Below the pieces are notes generated by a model that worked only from the letters and a program-made list of their open reading frames with translations, was not told where the DNA came from and ran no database searches. A stretch of DNA of 64,000 bases, taken from IMG/VR virus record IMGVR_UViG_3300027793_000055, positions 64,001-128,000 of that record. One strand, written 5' to 3'. The position numbers and the translations under genes were made by a program. The stretch comes from a virus. Each line of letters opens with the position of its first letter. Positions within the stretch are counted from its first letter, which is position 1. Shown piece by piece: positions 63,986 to 64,000 of this stretch.

Positions 63986-64000
63986 GTTCAGTTTAAACTA

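Noticed and set aside
1-64000. Stop-codon recoding (TAG or TGA read as sense), common in some large phages
   Set aside because: Genes up to 2091 codons are open in code 11, all three stops end genes, and no suppressor tRNA was found. The Ser loop contains CUA only out of register (no U33 before it).

Overview
A 64-kb segment of a large, AT-rich, T4-like contractile-tailed (myovirus-type) bacteriophage genome. Almost all genes are on the minus strand and the standard genetic code is used. 1-41.7 kb is a virion module: lectin/LamG-like decoration proteins, a beta-helix tailspike, two S74-chaperone fibres, tail-collar and baseplate proteins (gp6-, gp25-, gp7-like), an HxH spike and an M15 peptidoglycan peptidase. 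41.8-43.6 kb holds a phage sigma factor and small regulators. 43.6-51.3 kb is a compact nucleotide-sugar/glycosylation cluster (Gmd, perosamine-synthase-like aminotransferase, PerB/NeuD-type acetyltransferase, DUF4254, one GT9, three GT4), with a stand-alone mannose-6-P-isomerase cupin at 62.7 kb. 51-64 kb is accessory: Cas4/RecB-like nuclease, PIN-PhoH, secreted serine protease, SpoU methyltransferase, dCMP deaminase, two free-standing endonucleases and nine tRNA or tRNA-like genes, several atypical (Ser-ACU, Ile-UAU, a Thr-UGU cloverleaf with rewritten D/T loops, an Ala-UGC with an 8-nt T loop). The window ends in a 13x GATC cluster with divergent sigma70-like promoters. Leading hypothesis: a phage-encoded N-acetylperosamine glycosylation system acting on virion proteins, whose outer components are selectively enriched in [S/T]-G-S. 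Second: an atypical tRNA set plus a 2'-O-methyltransferase. All family assignments come from motif recognition by eye; no searches were run, and no capsid or terminase genes were recognised.
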